From NCBI GenBank assembly GCA_963816185.1, contig CAWFJJ010000024.1, forward strand, positions 32,001 through 96,000: a DNA stretch of 64,000 nt, read 5' to 3'. The translations under genes and the position numbers were made by a program. A model generated the notes under the pieces. The model was not told the DNA's origin and ran no database searches. It saw nothing but the letters and a program-made list of their open reading frames with translations. The stretch's first letter is position 1. Each line of letters begins with the position of its first letter. Origin of the DNA: Thermoanaerobaculia bacterium. Lineage in GTDB: Bacteria; Acidobacteriota; Thermoanaerobaculia; UBA5066. Below, in pieces: positions 1 to 13,397 of the stretch.

Positions 1-933
1 AGAGCGTTGCCCTTGCGGACGGATTCGCCTTTGGCCTCTCCCGTGGCGATGATTTCGGAAGTCTCGGCGTCGATCAGCCGGTAATCGATGACGACTACAG
101 CCTTGTCCTCATTCTTGCTGGAGGCGATTCCGCCGATCACGCCGCCGATCAGGCCGCCGCCCTTGACGCTCTTCTTTTTGTCATCCCGGCCGAAGACTAC
201 AATGTCGCCGGAGAGCATGGCGTCCGCGCCAGAGATCTGGCCGACGCGCGCGCCGGTGCCTTGCTTCACCCGGTTGCTCGCGTTAAAGTCCTGCTCTTTG
301 GTGATCGTCGCAATCTTGGCGCGCTCCACGATCACCACCTTGTTGGCTTGAGCCAGCCGCGTGACCAGCATGGCGCGGATGCCTTTCCCGATGTCCTGTT
401 GCGTGTTGAACACGGACTGCACCGCGGTCTTCACCGTGGAATAGTCGAATTCGTCGACGATCACGCGTTTCTTCTCAGCTTGCGTGGTCGCGGCCGAGGG
501 AGCCGGGGCGGGGGCAGCCGCCGCTACCGGTTCAGGAGCGGGAGCCGGTGCGGGAGTTGCCGCCGCGACTGGCGCTGGAGCAGGCGCCGCCGGAGCCGCG
601 GCGGCGGCCGGGGCGCTGGCCGGATCGAGCATCACATTGATGATGTTCTCCGACACGCCGGCGTTCTTTAGTTTCACCAGGTCGGCAGTTGTGAGGTTGG
701 CCGGCTTGTTGTCCCTCTTCAGGGTTCGGATGATCAGGCTTTCGGATAATCCGGCCTTGACCGATTCAATGACCGAATCGACCGGCGATGCGGCCGCTTT
801 CGCGGGAGCGGCTTTCGTCGCCGCTTTGGGAGCCGCTTTAGGGGCGGCCGCGGGAGCCGGAGTCTGGCCCAGGCCATACCCACCACAAAGCTCACCAATA
901 CAACTAGACCAACCACGTGAACTTGAATTTCAT
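1..933 (-). CDS. CsgG/HfaB-family exported protein with an N-terminal helical module and Pro/Ala linkers; runs off the window start; indels near the 5' end
   Basis: Minus-strand reading: ATG at 933, signal-like LVVLVSFVVGMAWA, then KKRVIVDEFDYSTV...DIGKGIRAMLVTRL...VIVER...EQDF...GADAMLSGDIVVFGRD...VVVIDYRLIDAETSEIIATGEAKG, typical of the CsgG family. Confidence 0.75.
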
Positions 934-1177
934 GTAGATCCCTCCCTGCTCTACGAATGAGGAACTGCAACAAGCGATCGCCCATCCGATCGCTTATCTT
1001 CTTAAGATCACTTAAGGATACTTGGCCCTAGTATGTCGATCCTGGAAGATCCGTGTCAAGGGCGTCATCCATGTGTCGGCCGGAACTCACAGGGTATAGA
1101 TCGGCAATGAGCGCGCGCACCATTAATCGCGGTCGCGCCAACTAAATAAATGCTAAAATCGCGTCGGCGGCTATGCG

Positions 1178-2194
1178 ATGATGCGCCCCAACCTCGGGCT
1201 ATTGCTGGGCGTTTCCCTAATGGCCGTAGGACCGCTTTGGGCACAATTAGCCCCCTCGCGCGTGAAGCCTCCCAAGAAGGAAAAAGAACTCGATACGCAG
1301 ACGCTTCCGCTTCCGCCCGAGCCTCCGGTCGCGGTGATGGCGGAAACCGCCAAGCTGGCGTTTAGCATCTCGCCTCTTTCGGCGAAAGGCCTGCTGACGC
1401 AGCAGGTGCACGATGCGCTCAAGGCCTTGGATCGCGCCAATGGAGGCTCGACGTTCGTAAAGCTGCGGGCGTTTGTCGCGGGTACCGGAGATATGCGCCG
1501 CGTGGCGACCATCGTGGCCGAGGAGTTTTCGGCTAAGAAAATGCCACTGCCCGTGGTGACGACGGTCCAGGTAGGCGCGCTGCCGATGGCCGGCGCGCAG
1601 GTGGTGATCGAGAGTGTCAGTGCCGAGAAGAATGACAAGAAGACGCTCAATCCCGATGGCCTGGCATTCTTTTCGGCTCAGCATGTCCCGGAGTTGGAGG
1701 CGTCGGCTAAGTCGCAGGACGCGGTCATGGTGCAGGTCACCTGCTTCGTGGGGGACCTCGCTCAGGTGGATAGCGCGCGGGCGGCGGTAACAGCGGCGTT
1801 CCCAGGGGCAGCCGCGAACTTCGTTCAACTTACGCGGCTGGCAGTCGAGCCGGGGATTTCATGCGAAGGGGTCGGTCGCCTCCAGAAGCCGGGCAAAAGT
1901 CCGGCGAAGCTGGTGTTCACCGGCACACAAATGGCGTTCCAGGATACGGACCAGGACCTCCGTTTGGCCTATGGCCGTCTGGGGCGGGCGTTGGAAACGA
2001 TGAAAGCGGCGTACTCCGGCACCCTGATGTTGAGCGTTTATTCGCTGAACGCAGCCACGGCGAAGAAAGCCACGGCCTTGGCGCCCGAATTCCTGGGTCC
2101 TTCCGCGCGCCCGGTGGGATCCACGCTAATCGTGGAAGGATTGCCCTCCCTGGACGCCACCGTGGCGATCGAGCTGGTGGCGGCGGCCCCTTGA
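1178..2194 (+). CDS. Exported Rid (YjgF/RidA-like) multi-domain protein
   Basis: Signal peptide (..LMAVGPLWA). Rid-like segments [28 protein letters not shown] and [28 protein letters not shown]. Confidence 0.7.
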   Translation: MMRPNLGLLLGVSLMAVGPLWAQLAPSRVKPPKKEKELDTQTLPLPPEPPVAVMAETAKLAFSISPLSAKGLLTQQVHDALKALDRANGGSTFVKLRAFVAGTGDMRRVATIVAEEFSAKKMPLPVVTTVQVGALPMAGAQVVIESVSAEKNDKKTLNPDGLAFFSAQHVPELEASAKSQDAVMVQVTCFVGDLAQVDSARAAVTAAFPGAAANFVQLTRLAVEPGISCEGVGRLQKPGKSPAKLVFTGTQMAFQDTDQDLRLAYGRLGRALETMKAAYSGTLMLSVYSLNAATAKKATALAPEFLGPSARPVGSTLIVEGLPSLDATVAIELVAAAP

Positions 2195-2219
2195 CTCTGT
2201 ACGGTGTAAGTGTTACGTT
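2191..2219 (+). promoter_or_regulatory. Putative sigma70 promoter for iorAB
   Basis: TTGACT-17 nt-TACGTT about 100 nt upstream of the ATG at 2316. Confidence 0.4.
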
Positions 2220-2315
2220 CTATTGAGATTTGCGGATCAGACCGATTATCTCAACGGATGTATTCCGCAGCCGGACTCGGCCCCTGAGAGCCCGGTAGAA
2301 TCTGGAGTCAACGAC

Positions 2316-2816
2316 ATGGCATATACGATCAAAGTGAACGGGCAGTCCAAGACTGTTGATGTGCCCGCGGATACGCCCCTATTATGGGTACTCCGAGACG
2401 TTCTTGACATGAAAGGCACCAAGTTCGGCTGCGGCGCCGGGCTGTGCGGGGCCTGCACGGTCCACGTGAACGGCAAAGCGGTCCGCTCTTGCCAGACACA
2501 GGTGGGCACCGTGAAAGATCCGGTGACGACCATCGAAGGGCTGTCCGTCGACGGAACGCATCCAGTGCAGAAAGCCTGGATGGAAGTGGACGTCCCGCAA
2601 TGCGGCTACTGTCAAGCCGGTCAAATGATGTCGGCTTCGGCGCTGCTCGCGACCAAGCCCCAGCCCACCGACAAAGACATTGACTCCGCCATGTACGGCA
2701 ACCTGTGCCGTTGCGGAACGTATCTCAGAATTCGCCAGGCGATTCATCGCGCGGCGCAGCTCGCCTCGGCCCGTCCGGGTGCGACCTCCGGCGGCGGCGC
2801 TGGAAGGGCAAGGTAA
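2316..2816 (+). CDS. iorA: (2Fe-2S)-binding small subunit, isoquinoline 1-oxidoreductase/aldehyde oxidoreductase alpha type
   Basis: [35 protein letters not shown]; GGAG upstream of the ATG. Confidence 0.9.
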   Translation: MAYTIKVNGQSKTVDVPADTPLLWVLRDVLDMKGTKFGCGAGLCGACTVHVNGKAVRSCQTQVGTVKDPVTTIEGLSVDGTHPVQKAWMEVDVPQCGYCQAGQMMSASALLATKPQPTDKDIDSAMYGNLCRCGTYLRIRQAIHRAAQLASARPGATSGGGAGRAR

Positions 2817-2828
2817 GGGAGAACGATC

Positions 2829-5164
<2,336 letters not shown>

Positions 5165-5212
5165 GTCATTCGGCAGTCGCAAGATAGAATAAGCCGGATA
5201 GAATAAGATAGA

Positions 5213-5241
5213 AGAGGGGGTGCGAGAGCACTCCCTTTTTT
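5213..5241 (+). terminator. Rho-independent terminator after iorB
   Basis: GGGGTGC-GAGA-GCACTCC stem-loop followed by a T-tract. Confidence 0.65.
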
Positions 5242-5244
5242 ATT

Positions 5245-6456
5245 GTGAAACGCCGAAACATTCTTCCGAACAATCTTCCGATATTTGCGCTGCTGCTGGC
5301 GGCCTGTGTCACCGCGTTCGCCCAGACCGATCCATTGCACGTGGCCTCGCCCGACGGTCAGCTGGTGATGCGGCTGTTCATCATGACACCGCAGGATAGC
5401 CGCCTGGTGCGGCTGGCCTACCAGGTTTCCTATCGCGGAAAGCTTCTGATCGACACCTCTCTATTGGGAATCGCGATCCACGATCAGGAGCCGTTCCTGG
5501 GAGAGAACGTCGGTCTGGTCACGTCGAAGGCGGAATCCGTCGACGAGATCTACAGGCTCCCGCTGGGAAAGCGCCAGGGCATTCGCAACCACTACAACTC
5601 GCTGATCGCGCAATACATTCAGAACGGTTCGTTGGGGCGGCGTGTGACCATCGAGGCCCGCGCGTACGATGACGGCGTAGCCTTTCGCTATTACATTCCC
5701 CGGACCAGCACAGTGGAGGATCTGCAGATCGAGGAAGAGCTGACCGACTTCCGGTTTGCGCAGGACGGCCAGGGCTTCCCGCTAGTCCTTCAGAACTACC
5801 AGAGCGCTTCGGAAGGCGACTCCCGCCCAGCGAAGATCAGTACATTGAAACGCACGTCCTTGATCGGCCTGCCGTTCCTGGTGGAGCAGCCGGGCGTGGG
5901 CTGGGTGGCGATCACGGAAGCGCAACTCGACAATTACCCGGGGATGTACGTGTTTCATCCGGAGGGCACCACGATGCGCACCACGCTTGCGCCGCGCTTG
6001 GACGATGCGGCCATCGCCATGCACGGCATGACCCCGGCGGAGACGCCGTGGCGGGTCCTGATGGTGGCCTCCGAGCCTCGCAAGCTGCTCGATTCCGAGA
6101 TCCTGAAGAATCTGAACCCAGCGTCCCCGATGGCGGATACGACGTGGATCAAGCCGGCAAATCAGCAAACCAAGGAATTGTTCTCGATCGATTATTCCGC
6201 CCAGTTCGAGCAGCAGATGGAACAGCGATTCAGCGATTTCGAAAAGAGAGGCGAGGCGGGTGTGAAGATCGACTTGCTGAATCGTTCCGACCAGCAAATG
6301 ATCGACTTCTATCGCCGCGCTGCCAAATCCGCCGCCGCCCATCATTTAATGGTCGAGTTTGAAAATGCCCCGGCGCCGGACGGAATCGAGCGAACCTGGC
6401 CCAACGTGCTGCCACGTGAGGATCCAGCGTTCACGAAGTTGCTCGGCAGGTTCTGA
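5245..6456 (+). CDS. Glycoside hydrolase family 97-like protein: intact N-terminal domain, deleted and truncated catalytic domain
   Basis: Signal peptide, VASPDG, RNHYN, RAYDDGVAFRY, TPWRV, WIKP, GVKID..DQ, RTWPN. Confidence 0.75.
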   Translation: MKRRNILPNNLPIFALLLAACVTAFAQTDPLHVASPDGQLVMRLFIMTPQDSRLVRLAYQVSYRGKLLIDTSLLGIAIHDQEPFLGENVGLVTSKAESVDEIYRLPLGKRQGIRNHYNSLIAQYIQNGSLGRRVTIEARAYDDGVAFRYYIPRTSTVEDLQIEEELTDFRFAQDGQGFPLVLQNYQSASEGDSRPAKISTLKRTSLIGLPFLVEQPGVGWVAITEAQLDNYPGMYVFHPEGTTMRTTLAPRLDDAAIAMHGMTPAETPWRVLMVASEPRKLLDSEILKNLNPASPMADTTWIKPANQQTKELFSIDYSAQFEQQMEQRFSDFEKRGEAGVKIDLLNRSDQQMIDFYRRAAKSAAAHHLMVEFENAPAPDGIERTWPNVLPREDPAFTKLLGRF

Positions 6457-6478
6457 CGATTCGGTCTATTCCTCGCCG

Positions 6479-7741
6479 CTATTCTTCACCATGGATCAAG
6501 TCGTCGAAGGTCTCGCGCTTGCGGATCACGCGCCAGGAGCCGTCTTCGATCAACACCTCCGCGGGGCGGGGACGGGCATTATAGTTGGAGGCTTGCGCGA
6601 AGCCGTAGGCTCCGGCAGTGCACACGGCGAGAAGATCGCCGGGGAACACCTCGGGCATCTGCCGATCCTGGGCAAGAAAGTCGCCGGATTCGCAGACCGG
6701 TCCCACTACATCCGCGCGCAGTCCGCAGCTCGCGTTTGCCGTTGCGCGTAGCGGCAGGATTTCGTGATGCGCGTCGTACAGCGCCGGGCGGATCAGATCG
6801 TTCATGGCCGCGTCCACCACCACGAATTCCTTGTCGCCGCTCTTCTTGCGATAAAGAACGCGCGTGAGCAGCACTCCCGCGTCGCCGACGATCGACCGGC
6901 CCGGTTCCAGGAACAAATGCAGATCGTAGCCTGCGACTTTCTCACGCAGCGGCCGCTGCGAACTCGGCGATAGGCGGCGCCGGGTCGTCCGGTTTGTAGG
7001 CGATGCCCAGGCCGCCTCCGAGATCGACATGCCGGATGTCGAAACCTTTGGCCCGCAGGAGCGGCGATCAATTCGAGCACGCGGTCGGCGGCTTGCATCA
7101 CCGGTTCGAAATCGAACTGCTGCGAGCCGATGTGGCAGCTCACGCCTTCGAGCAGCAGGTTCTCGAGCTGGCGGGCGCGCTTCGTAGACTGCCTCGGCCT
7201 CGCCGATATCGATCCCGAACTTGTGGCCCAGACTCCCGGTCGCGATATGGGCGTGAGTGTTGGCGGCGACGTCGGGATTCACGCGAAGAGCGACCCGCGC
7301 CTGGATCCCGCGCCGGTGCGCCAGCGCGTCCACCAGCGCCAGCTCGGGCTCGGACTCGCAGTTGAACGCGAAGATTCCCGCGGCCAGGGCGGCGTCGATC
7401 TCCTCGGAGGTTTTGCCCACGCCCGAGAACACTACTTTGGCGGGATCGCCGCCGGCTTTCAGAACGCGATACAGCTCGCCTCCGGAGACGATGTCGAATC
7501 CGGCTCCCGCGCGGGCCAGCAGGCGCAGGATCGCCAGGTTGCCATTGGCTTTCATCGCATAGCATATGGTGTGCGGAGCGCCCTGCAGCGCGCCTTCATA
7601 GGCCCGATAGTTCGCCAGGATGGTGGCGGCGGAATAGACGTAACACGGCGTTCCGGCCTTCGCCGCGATATCGGCCAGGGCGACGCCATCGCACATCAGA
7701 GTGCGATCCCGGTATTCCATCGGCTTCATGGTGGTTTGCAT
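6479..7741 (-). CDS. lysA: Diaminopimelate decarboxylase (internal indels)
   Basis: GTPCYVYS, YAMKAN, FDIVSGGEL, HKFGI, SCHIGSQ (alternate frame), EPGRSIV, GPVCESGD, AGAYG..SNYN. Confidence 0.92.
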   Translation of the reverse strand: MQTTMKPMEYRDRTLMCDGVALADIAAKAGTPCYVYSAATILANYRAYEGALQGAPHTICYAMKANGNLAILRLLARAGAGFDIVSGGELYRVLKAGGDPAKVVFSGVGKTSEEIDAALAAGIFAFNCESEPELALVDALAHRRGIQARVALRVNPDVAANTHAHIATGSLGHKFGIDIGEAEAVYEARPPAREPAARRRELPHRLAAVRFRTGDASRRPRARIDRRSCGPKVSTSGMSISEAAWASPTNRTTRRRLSPSSQRPLREKVAGYDLHLFLEPGRSIVGDAGVLLTRVLYRKKSGDKEFVVVDAAMNDLIRPALYDAHHEILPLRATANASCGLRADVVGPVCESGDFLAQDRQMPEVFPGDLLAVCTAGAYGFAQASNYNARPRPAEVLIEDGSWRVIRKRETFDDLIHGEE

Positions 7742-7748
7742 GCGAGTC

Positions 7749-9514
7749 TCATGCGATCACCCGAAGCACGATGACGGTTTGATCGTCGAAGATAGGGACG
7801 GTTCCACGAAACTTGTCCACGGCCGCGATGATGGCGTCCGCGATGGCCTGGGGCGGCTCGGGCCCATGTTTCTTGACGATGCGAATGATGCGTTCCCGCC
7901 CGAACTCTTCATGCTTCTCGTTGGGCTGCTCGTCGACTCCATCGGAGTAGAAGACCAGGGCATCGCCCGGTTCGGCGGCGAGCTCTACTTCATCGTATTC
8001 GCGATCGTCGAGCAATCCGATGGGCACGCCTTCGATCTTGGTCTCGAGAATCTCGCCGTTACGAAGAATCAATGGCGGCGCGGCTCCGGCGTTGGAAAGG
8101 ACGAATCTTCGCACGGGCGGCTGCCACAGAGCGACCAGCAGCGTGGCGTACTGGGCCTCTACTTTGCGCTCGAGCAGGGTTTCGTTCAGCTTCTGAATCA
8201 GCTCCGCGGGATTACGCCGGCGGGCGAGGGTCCGCAGCAAGCCCGAAATCAGCGCTCCGTATAGGGCCGCCGCGGCGCCTTTTCCGCTCACGTCTCCGAA
8301 GGCAATGACGCAAGCGAGTCCTCGGCCTGATCGAAGAAACCGAACACGTCGCCGGAGATCTCGCGTGCCGGGCGGGACCGGATGCCGGTCGATAATCCCT
8401 GCATCTCAGGATCCTCGCGCGGCAGAAGGATGCGCTGGACCTGGCGCGCGGCCTTGAGATCCTGATCCATGCGCTGCTCGCGTTGGGCGACTTCCCCGTA
8501 CAGGCGGGCGTTTTCCACTGAACTCGCGATCTGCTGGGCCAGCAGGGAGAGCGTGCGCTGGTGATCTTCCGTAAAGAACGCGATGCGCTCGCTTTCGACA
8601 TCGAGGACGCCCACGACGCGGTCCTGGACGATCAGCGGCACCGCCAGTTCCGAGCGGATGCCCGGGTGCGATGCGATATAGCGCGGATCGGCCCCGGTAT
8701 CGAGCACACGTACCGGCTCGTGCGATTCGGCAGCCGCGCCGGTGATGCCCTTTCCGAAGGGAATGTTGTCGATCTTCACCCTTTGGTCGTAGCGAACGCT
8801 AAAACGGTTGCGAAGGATGCTCCCTTCGCTATCCACCAGAAAGACGCTAAAGGCATCGTACGGAATCAGAGCCCGGATCGCCGAGGCGATCTTGGTCAGC
8901 AGCTCGTCCAGGTCCAGGATCGCGCTGAATTCGCGCGAAAGGTGCGCCAGGGTTCGCAGCGTGCGATTCTGCCGGTCCACGCGCCGGTACAGCCTCGCGT
9001 TTTCGATGGAAGACGCTACGCGCGAGCCGATCAGGCTGAGCATGGACCGGTCCTGCTCCCCGTATGCCTTCACACGCGTCGATTGCACGTCGAGCACGCC
9101 CACCAGCTTTCCCCGGGCGGTCATCGGCACGGCCAGCTCGCTGCGAACGGCGTCCAGAGCGTTCAGATATCGAGGGTCCTGGTTGACGTCTTCGACCAGC
9201 ACCGGTTCGCGGCGCGCGGCGGCTGTTCCGACGATGCCCTCGCCGAGAGGAATCGACAGGCTGCGCACAACCTCTTCGCGGTGGCCGATGGCATGCCGGA
9301 TGGTGAGAGCGTGCGTACGCTCGCTGTAGAGCAGGATCGCGAACACATCGTAGGGAACCACTTCCTTCACGATGGAAGCGATGGTGGAGAGCTGCTCCGC
9401 CAGATCCAGCGTCTCCGAGCTGATGCGCGACACTTCGAGCAGGAAATCGAGCAGCTCGGCGCGCTCACGGAAGCGAAGAGCGGTCCGGCGCGGGGTTGTG
9501 GCGTGTGTCGTCAC
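7749..9514 (-). CDS. GAF-GAF-SpoIIE (PP2C) protein phosphatase; indel near 8300
   Basis: Two GAF repeats ([14 protein letters not shown]; [14 protein letters not shown]), then ARQVQ, ISGD, DVSGKG, NAG, YSDGVDE, DDQT. The GTG start overlaps the deoC stop. Confidence 0.85.
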
Positions 9515-10180
9515 GACTGCATCGCCTCCACGATTTGAACTCCGGAGCTGGTGCCGATGCGGTTCGCGCCGGCCGCCCGCATGGCTTCCAGGTCCTCCAG
9601 CGTGCGGATTCCGCCGGACGCTTTTACGCCGATGTCTGGACCGACCGCGCGCCTCATCAGCTCGACGTCGTGCACCGTAGCGCCGTGGGTCGAGAAGCCA
9701 GTGGACGTTTTGACGAAATCGGCGCCAGGCTGTTTGCAGATTAGTGCAGGCCGCAGTCTTTTGATCGTCGTTCAGCAGCGCGGTTTCGAGAATCACTTTG
9801 ACTAGCGCGCCGGCGGGCATGCGCCGCCAGTGACCACGGCCGCGATATCGGCTCGGACGGCATCGAAGTTGCCCGCGCACAGCTCGCCGATGTTCAGGAC
9901 CATGTCGATTTCCCGCGCTCCGCAAGCGATCGCTCCTTCCGTTTCCGCCACTTTGATGGCGGTGGTATTCGCGCCGAGAGGGAATCCGGCGACGGATGCC
10001 ACCTGTACGGGCAGATCCCGCCAATTCCTCTGCCGCCAGTGGAACCCAATAGGGATTCACGCACACCGTAGCAAATCCGTACCGGCGGGCTTCCTGGCAG
10101 AGCCTGCGAATGTCAGCCGCGGTCGCCTGTGGTTTGAGCAGGGTGTGGTCGATCAGCGCGGCGATCTCGCGGACGGGCAT
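9511..10180 (-). CDS. deoC: Deoxyribose-phosphate aldolase (several indels)
   Basis: [50 protein letters not shown] across frames. Confidence 0.9.
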
Positions 10181-10229
10181 TCTTAATAATATCGTGATCA
10201 TAGGGCGGGCTCGGTATGATAAAAAGATC

Positions 10230-11453
10230 ATGGAAACCGCCGTCGCCACGCCTGCCGCATCGGTAATCGATCTAGAAGCACGCTACTTATTCCAAAACTA
10301 TGCGCGGTACCCGCTGGTGCTGCATCGCGGCAAAGGGTGCTATGTCTACGATACGTCCGGCAAGCGGTACCTGGATCTGATTGCCGGTATCGGAGTGAAT
10401 GCGCTCGGACACGCCCATCCGCGCCTGATGAAGGTGATCCGGGAGCAGGCCGGGCGGATGCTCCACTCCTCGAATCTTTACTATCACGAGTATCAGGGTC
10501 CGCTGGCGGAGCGCATCGCCAAAGTCACCGGTCTCGATCGCGTATTCTTCTGCAATTCGGGAACGGAGGCCATGGAGGGCGCGCTCAAGATCATCCGCGC
10601 GCACGGCCGCAAGATCAGTCCATCAGAAGTATGAGACGGTGGCGCTGTTCGATTCCTTCCACGGCCGGACATTTGGTGCACTCTCCATCACCGGCCAGGA
10701 AAAGTATCGCAGCGATTTTGAGCCGATGCTGCCCGGAGCCCGTTTCGTGCAGCGCAACGATATCGGCGCGCTGGAGCAGGTGGTCGGGGCGAACACGGCG
10801 GGCATTGTGCTCGAGATTGTGCAGGGCGAGGGCGGCGTCAATCCGCTGACCGACGAATACATCCGCGCGGCCCGGGATCTGGCGTATCGTCACGACGCGC
10901 TGCTGGTGTTCGACGAGATCCAGTGCGGCGTGGGACGGCCCGGGGCTTATTTCTCCTATCAATTGCTGGATCCCATAGTGATGCCGGACATCACCACGGC
11001 TGCCAAGCCGTTAGCGTGCGGGATCCCGCTAGGCTTTGTCGCGGCGACCGAGCGCGCGGCGAGTGCGATCGGCAAGGGTCAGCACGGCACCACGTTTGGC
11101 GGTGGACCGCTGGCCTGCCGCGTCGCGCTGGAGTTCTTCGACATTTTGGACGAACTGCTGCCCAACATCATTCATGTCGGCGGCTACTTCCGGATGCAGT
11201 TAATGGAGCTGGCCAAGAAGTTCTCATTCATTCAAGAAGTGCGCGGATACGGTCTGATGATCGGAGTGGAGATCGACTTTCCAGGCAAGCAGATCGTGCT
11301 GGATGCGATGGAGCAGGGCCTGCTGATCAACTGCACGCACGATAAGGTGTTGCGCTTCCTGCCGCCTTATATCCTGTCCGAGCAGGACGTGGATCGTGCG
11401 GTGACGGTGCTGAAGAGGGTGTTCAAGAAGGCCAAGCCGCCAGAAGCACGTAA
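10230..11453 (+). CDS. argD: Acetylornithine aminotransferase (indel near 10625; true stop probably near 11453, although the ORF track reads on to 11580)
   Basis: [61 protein letters not shown]. Confidence 0.88.
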
Positions 11454-11460
11454 AGGGACG

Positions 11461-11529
11461 AAAAAGGGGACACCTCCTAACTTCCGCAAAGCCAGTAGCG
11501 GAGCGAAAACCAGGAGGTGTCCCCTTTTT
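11461..11529. repeat. 69-bp element with perfect 18-bp terminal inverted repeats (REP/MITE-like or bidirectional terminator)
   Basis: AAAAAGGGGACACCTCCT (11461-11478) ... AGGAGGTGTCCCCTTTTT (11512-11529), between convergent argD and manC. Confidence 0.7.
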
Positions 11530-11544
11530 TCTCTTTTTCTCGGG

Positions 11545-12619
11545 CTACAGCAAATGATGATGGCCGGCGGCTTCCAGTAGCTTGACCAGGTCGCCGACTT
11601 GCTGGGCGCGGCTGCGGTCGGCGATCAGCAAAGCATCGGGCGTGTCTACGACGATCAGATTGTTTACGCCTAAAAGCGCCACCAGCTTCTTCTCGGCATC
11701 GACGTAGTTGCCGGTGCTGTTCTCGATCATGGTATGCGTGCGCAGGGCATTGCCCGCCCGATCGCGCGCGTGCAGCTCATACACGGCGTTCCAGCTACCG
11801 ACGTCGTTCCAGGCGATGTCGCCGGCGGGCAATCCCACGACGTTGGCTGCGCGTTCCAGCACCGCGTAATCGATCGAGATGTTCTCGGTCTTAGGAAACG
11901 CCTCTCCGAGGCTCTTGGCAAACTTCCGCGAACCGAACGGAGGAAGACTGGCCAGCAGGCTCGCGGTCTTGGGCAGATGCTGGCGCAAGGCGTCGAGCAA
12001 GACGGACGTCTTCCAGAAGAACATCCCGGCGTTCCAGTAGAAGTTGCCTGCTTTGAGGAAACGCGCGGCAGTCTTTGCATCGGGCTTCTCGCGGAAGCGC
12101 TTGACGGGCAGCGCTCTCGGAACCGCCGGGCTGGACGCCCTTCGGAAACTCGATATAGCCGTAGCCGGTCTCAGGCCAGCGCGGCTGGATCCCCAGAACC
12201 ACGATCTTCCCGGCGCGCGCGGCCTTCAGCGCGGATTTGAGCAGCCGAATGTATTGGCGCGGCTTGCCGATCACGTGGTCGGCGGGAAACACGCCCATGA
12301 TCGATTCCGGATCGAGCCCATGCAGGATCTGGGCGGCCAGACCGATTGCAGGCGCCGTGTTGCGCTGTGCAGGCTCGGCCAGGATCTGGCGCTTGGGGAC
12401 TTCGGGGAGCTGGCGAACGATCTCGTCCCGCAGATGGCCGTTGGTGAGTATCCAGATTCGCTCGGGAGGCAGGACCGGACGCAGCCGGTCGACGGTCTGC
12501 TGGATCAAGGAGCGGTCGCCGAATAGCCGGAGAACCTGCTTGGCCGTGGCCCGGCGGCTTTTGGGCCAGAAGCGGGTGCCCCGGCCGCCGGCCAGAATCA
12601 GACCGTAAACATGTTCCAT
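11545..12619 (-). CDS. manC: Mannose-1-phosphate guanylyltransferase (indels near 12080-12130)
   Basis: LILAGGRGTRFWP, EP..RNTAPAI, PADH, ETGYGYI, ISIDYAVLE, WNDVGSW. Confidence 0.9.
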
Positions 12620-12634
12620 GAGTTTACTGAACTC

Positions 12635-13373
12635 TTATTGAACTGGGTATCCGCGCACCAACTTCAGCTCCCGATCCCAGCGAGTCTTGAAGAAGAAGTT
12701 CTTGGCGAGATCGATGAAGTGATCGGCGCTATAGCCAACCAGGTCCGCGGTGGGCGCGTCGTAGGACCAGAAGATCAGCAAGGGCTTGCCGATGATGTTC
12801 TCGCGCGGCACGAAGCCCCAGTAGCGGCTGTCGAGCGAATTATCGCGATTGTCGCCCATGGCGAAGTAGCTATCCGGCGGGACCACCACCTCGCCGTTCT
12901 GCACGTGCTCGGCGAGCATCTGCTTGGCGCGATCGTAGACCGGTCCGTCCGGCTCGGTCGGGAAGTTGTCGCGATACGGATCCGGGTTGGGGAAAATATG
13001 CTGGGCGTATGGTTCGTTGAGTAGCGGTTTGCCGTTCAGGTAAACCACTTTGTTCACCAAATGGATGTGATCGCCCGGGAACGCCCATCACGCGCTTCAC
13101 GTAGTTCTGAGAGATGTCCATCGGATAGCGGAACACGATGACGTCGCCGCGCTTCGGCTCCGTGTAAGGCAGCAGGTAGCGCGAGAACGATCCCGGCGGC
13201 GCATAGGACAGCTTGTCCACCAAAAGATGATCGCCGACCATCACGGTGGTATCCATGGACGGTGTCGGCACGATGAAAGCCTGCACCAGGGTGGTGGTGC
13301 CGAATAGCAGGATCAGGATGTTCAGGCTCCACTCATGGATGAAGTTCCGCGTGGATTCGGCAAATTGGCTCAT
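12635..13373 (-). CDS. lepB: Signal peptidase I, copy 2 (indel near 13070)
   Basis: VPTPSM, GDHLLVDK, YVKRV, YFAMGDNRDNSLDSRYWGFVP. Confidence 0.9.
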
Positions 13374-13397
13374 GTGGGGCTTTATTTGATATGGATC

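Noticed and set aside
5180-5215. GATAGAATAAG short tandem copies
   Set aside because: Two and a half copies next to a terminator; too short to interpret.
8288-10249. Apparent DeoC-GAF fusion
   Set aside because: Artefact of indels in deoC; a GTGA stop/start overlap at 9511-9514 separates the two genes.
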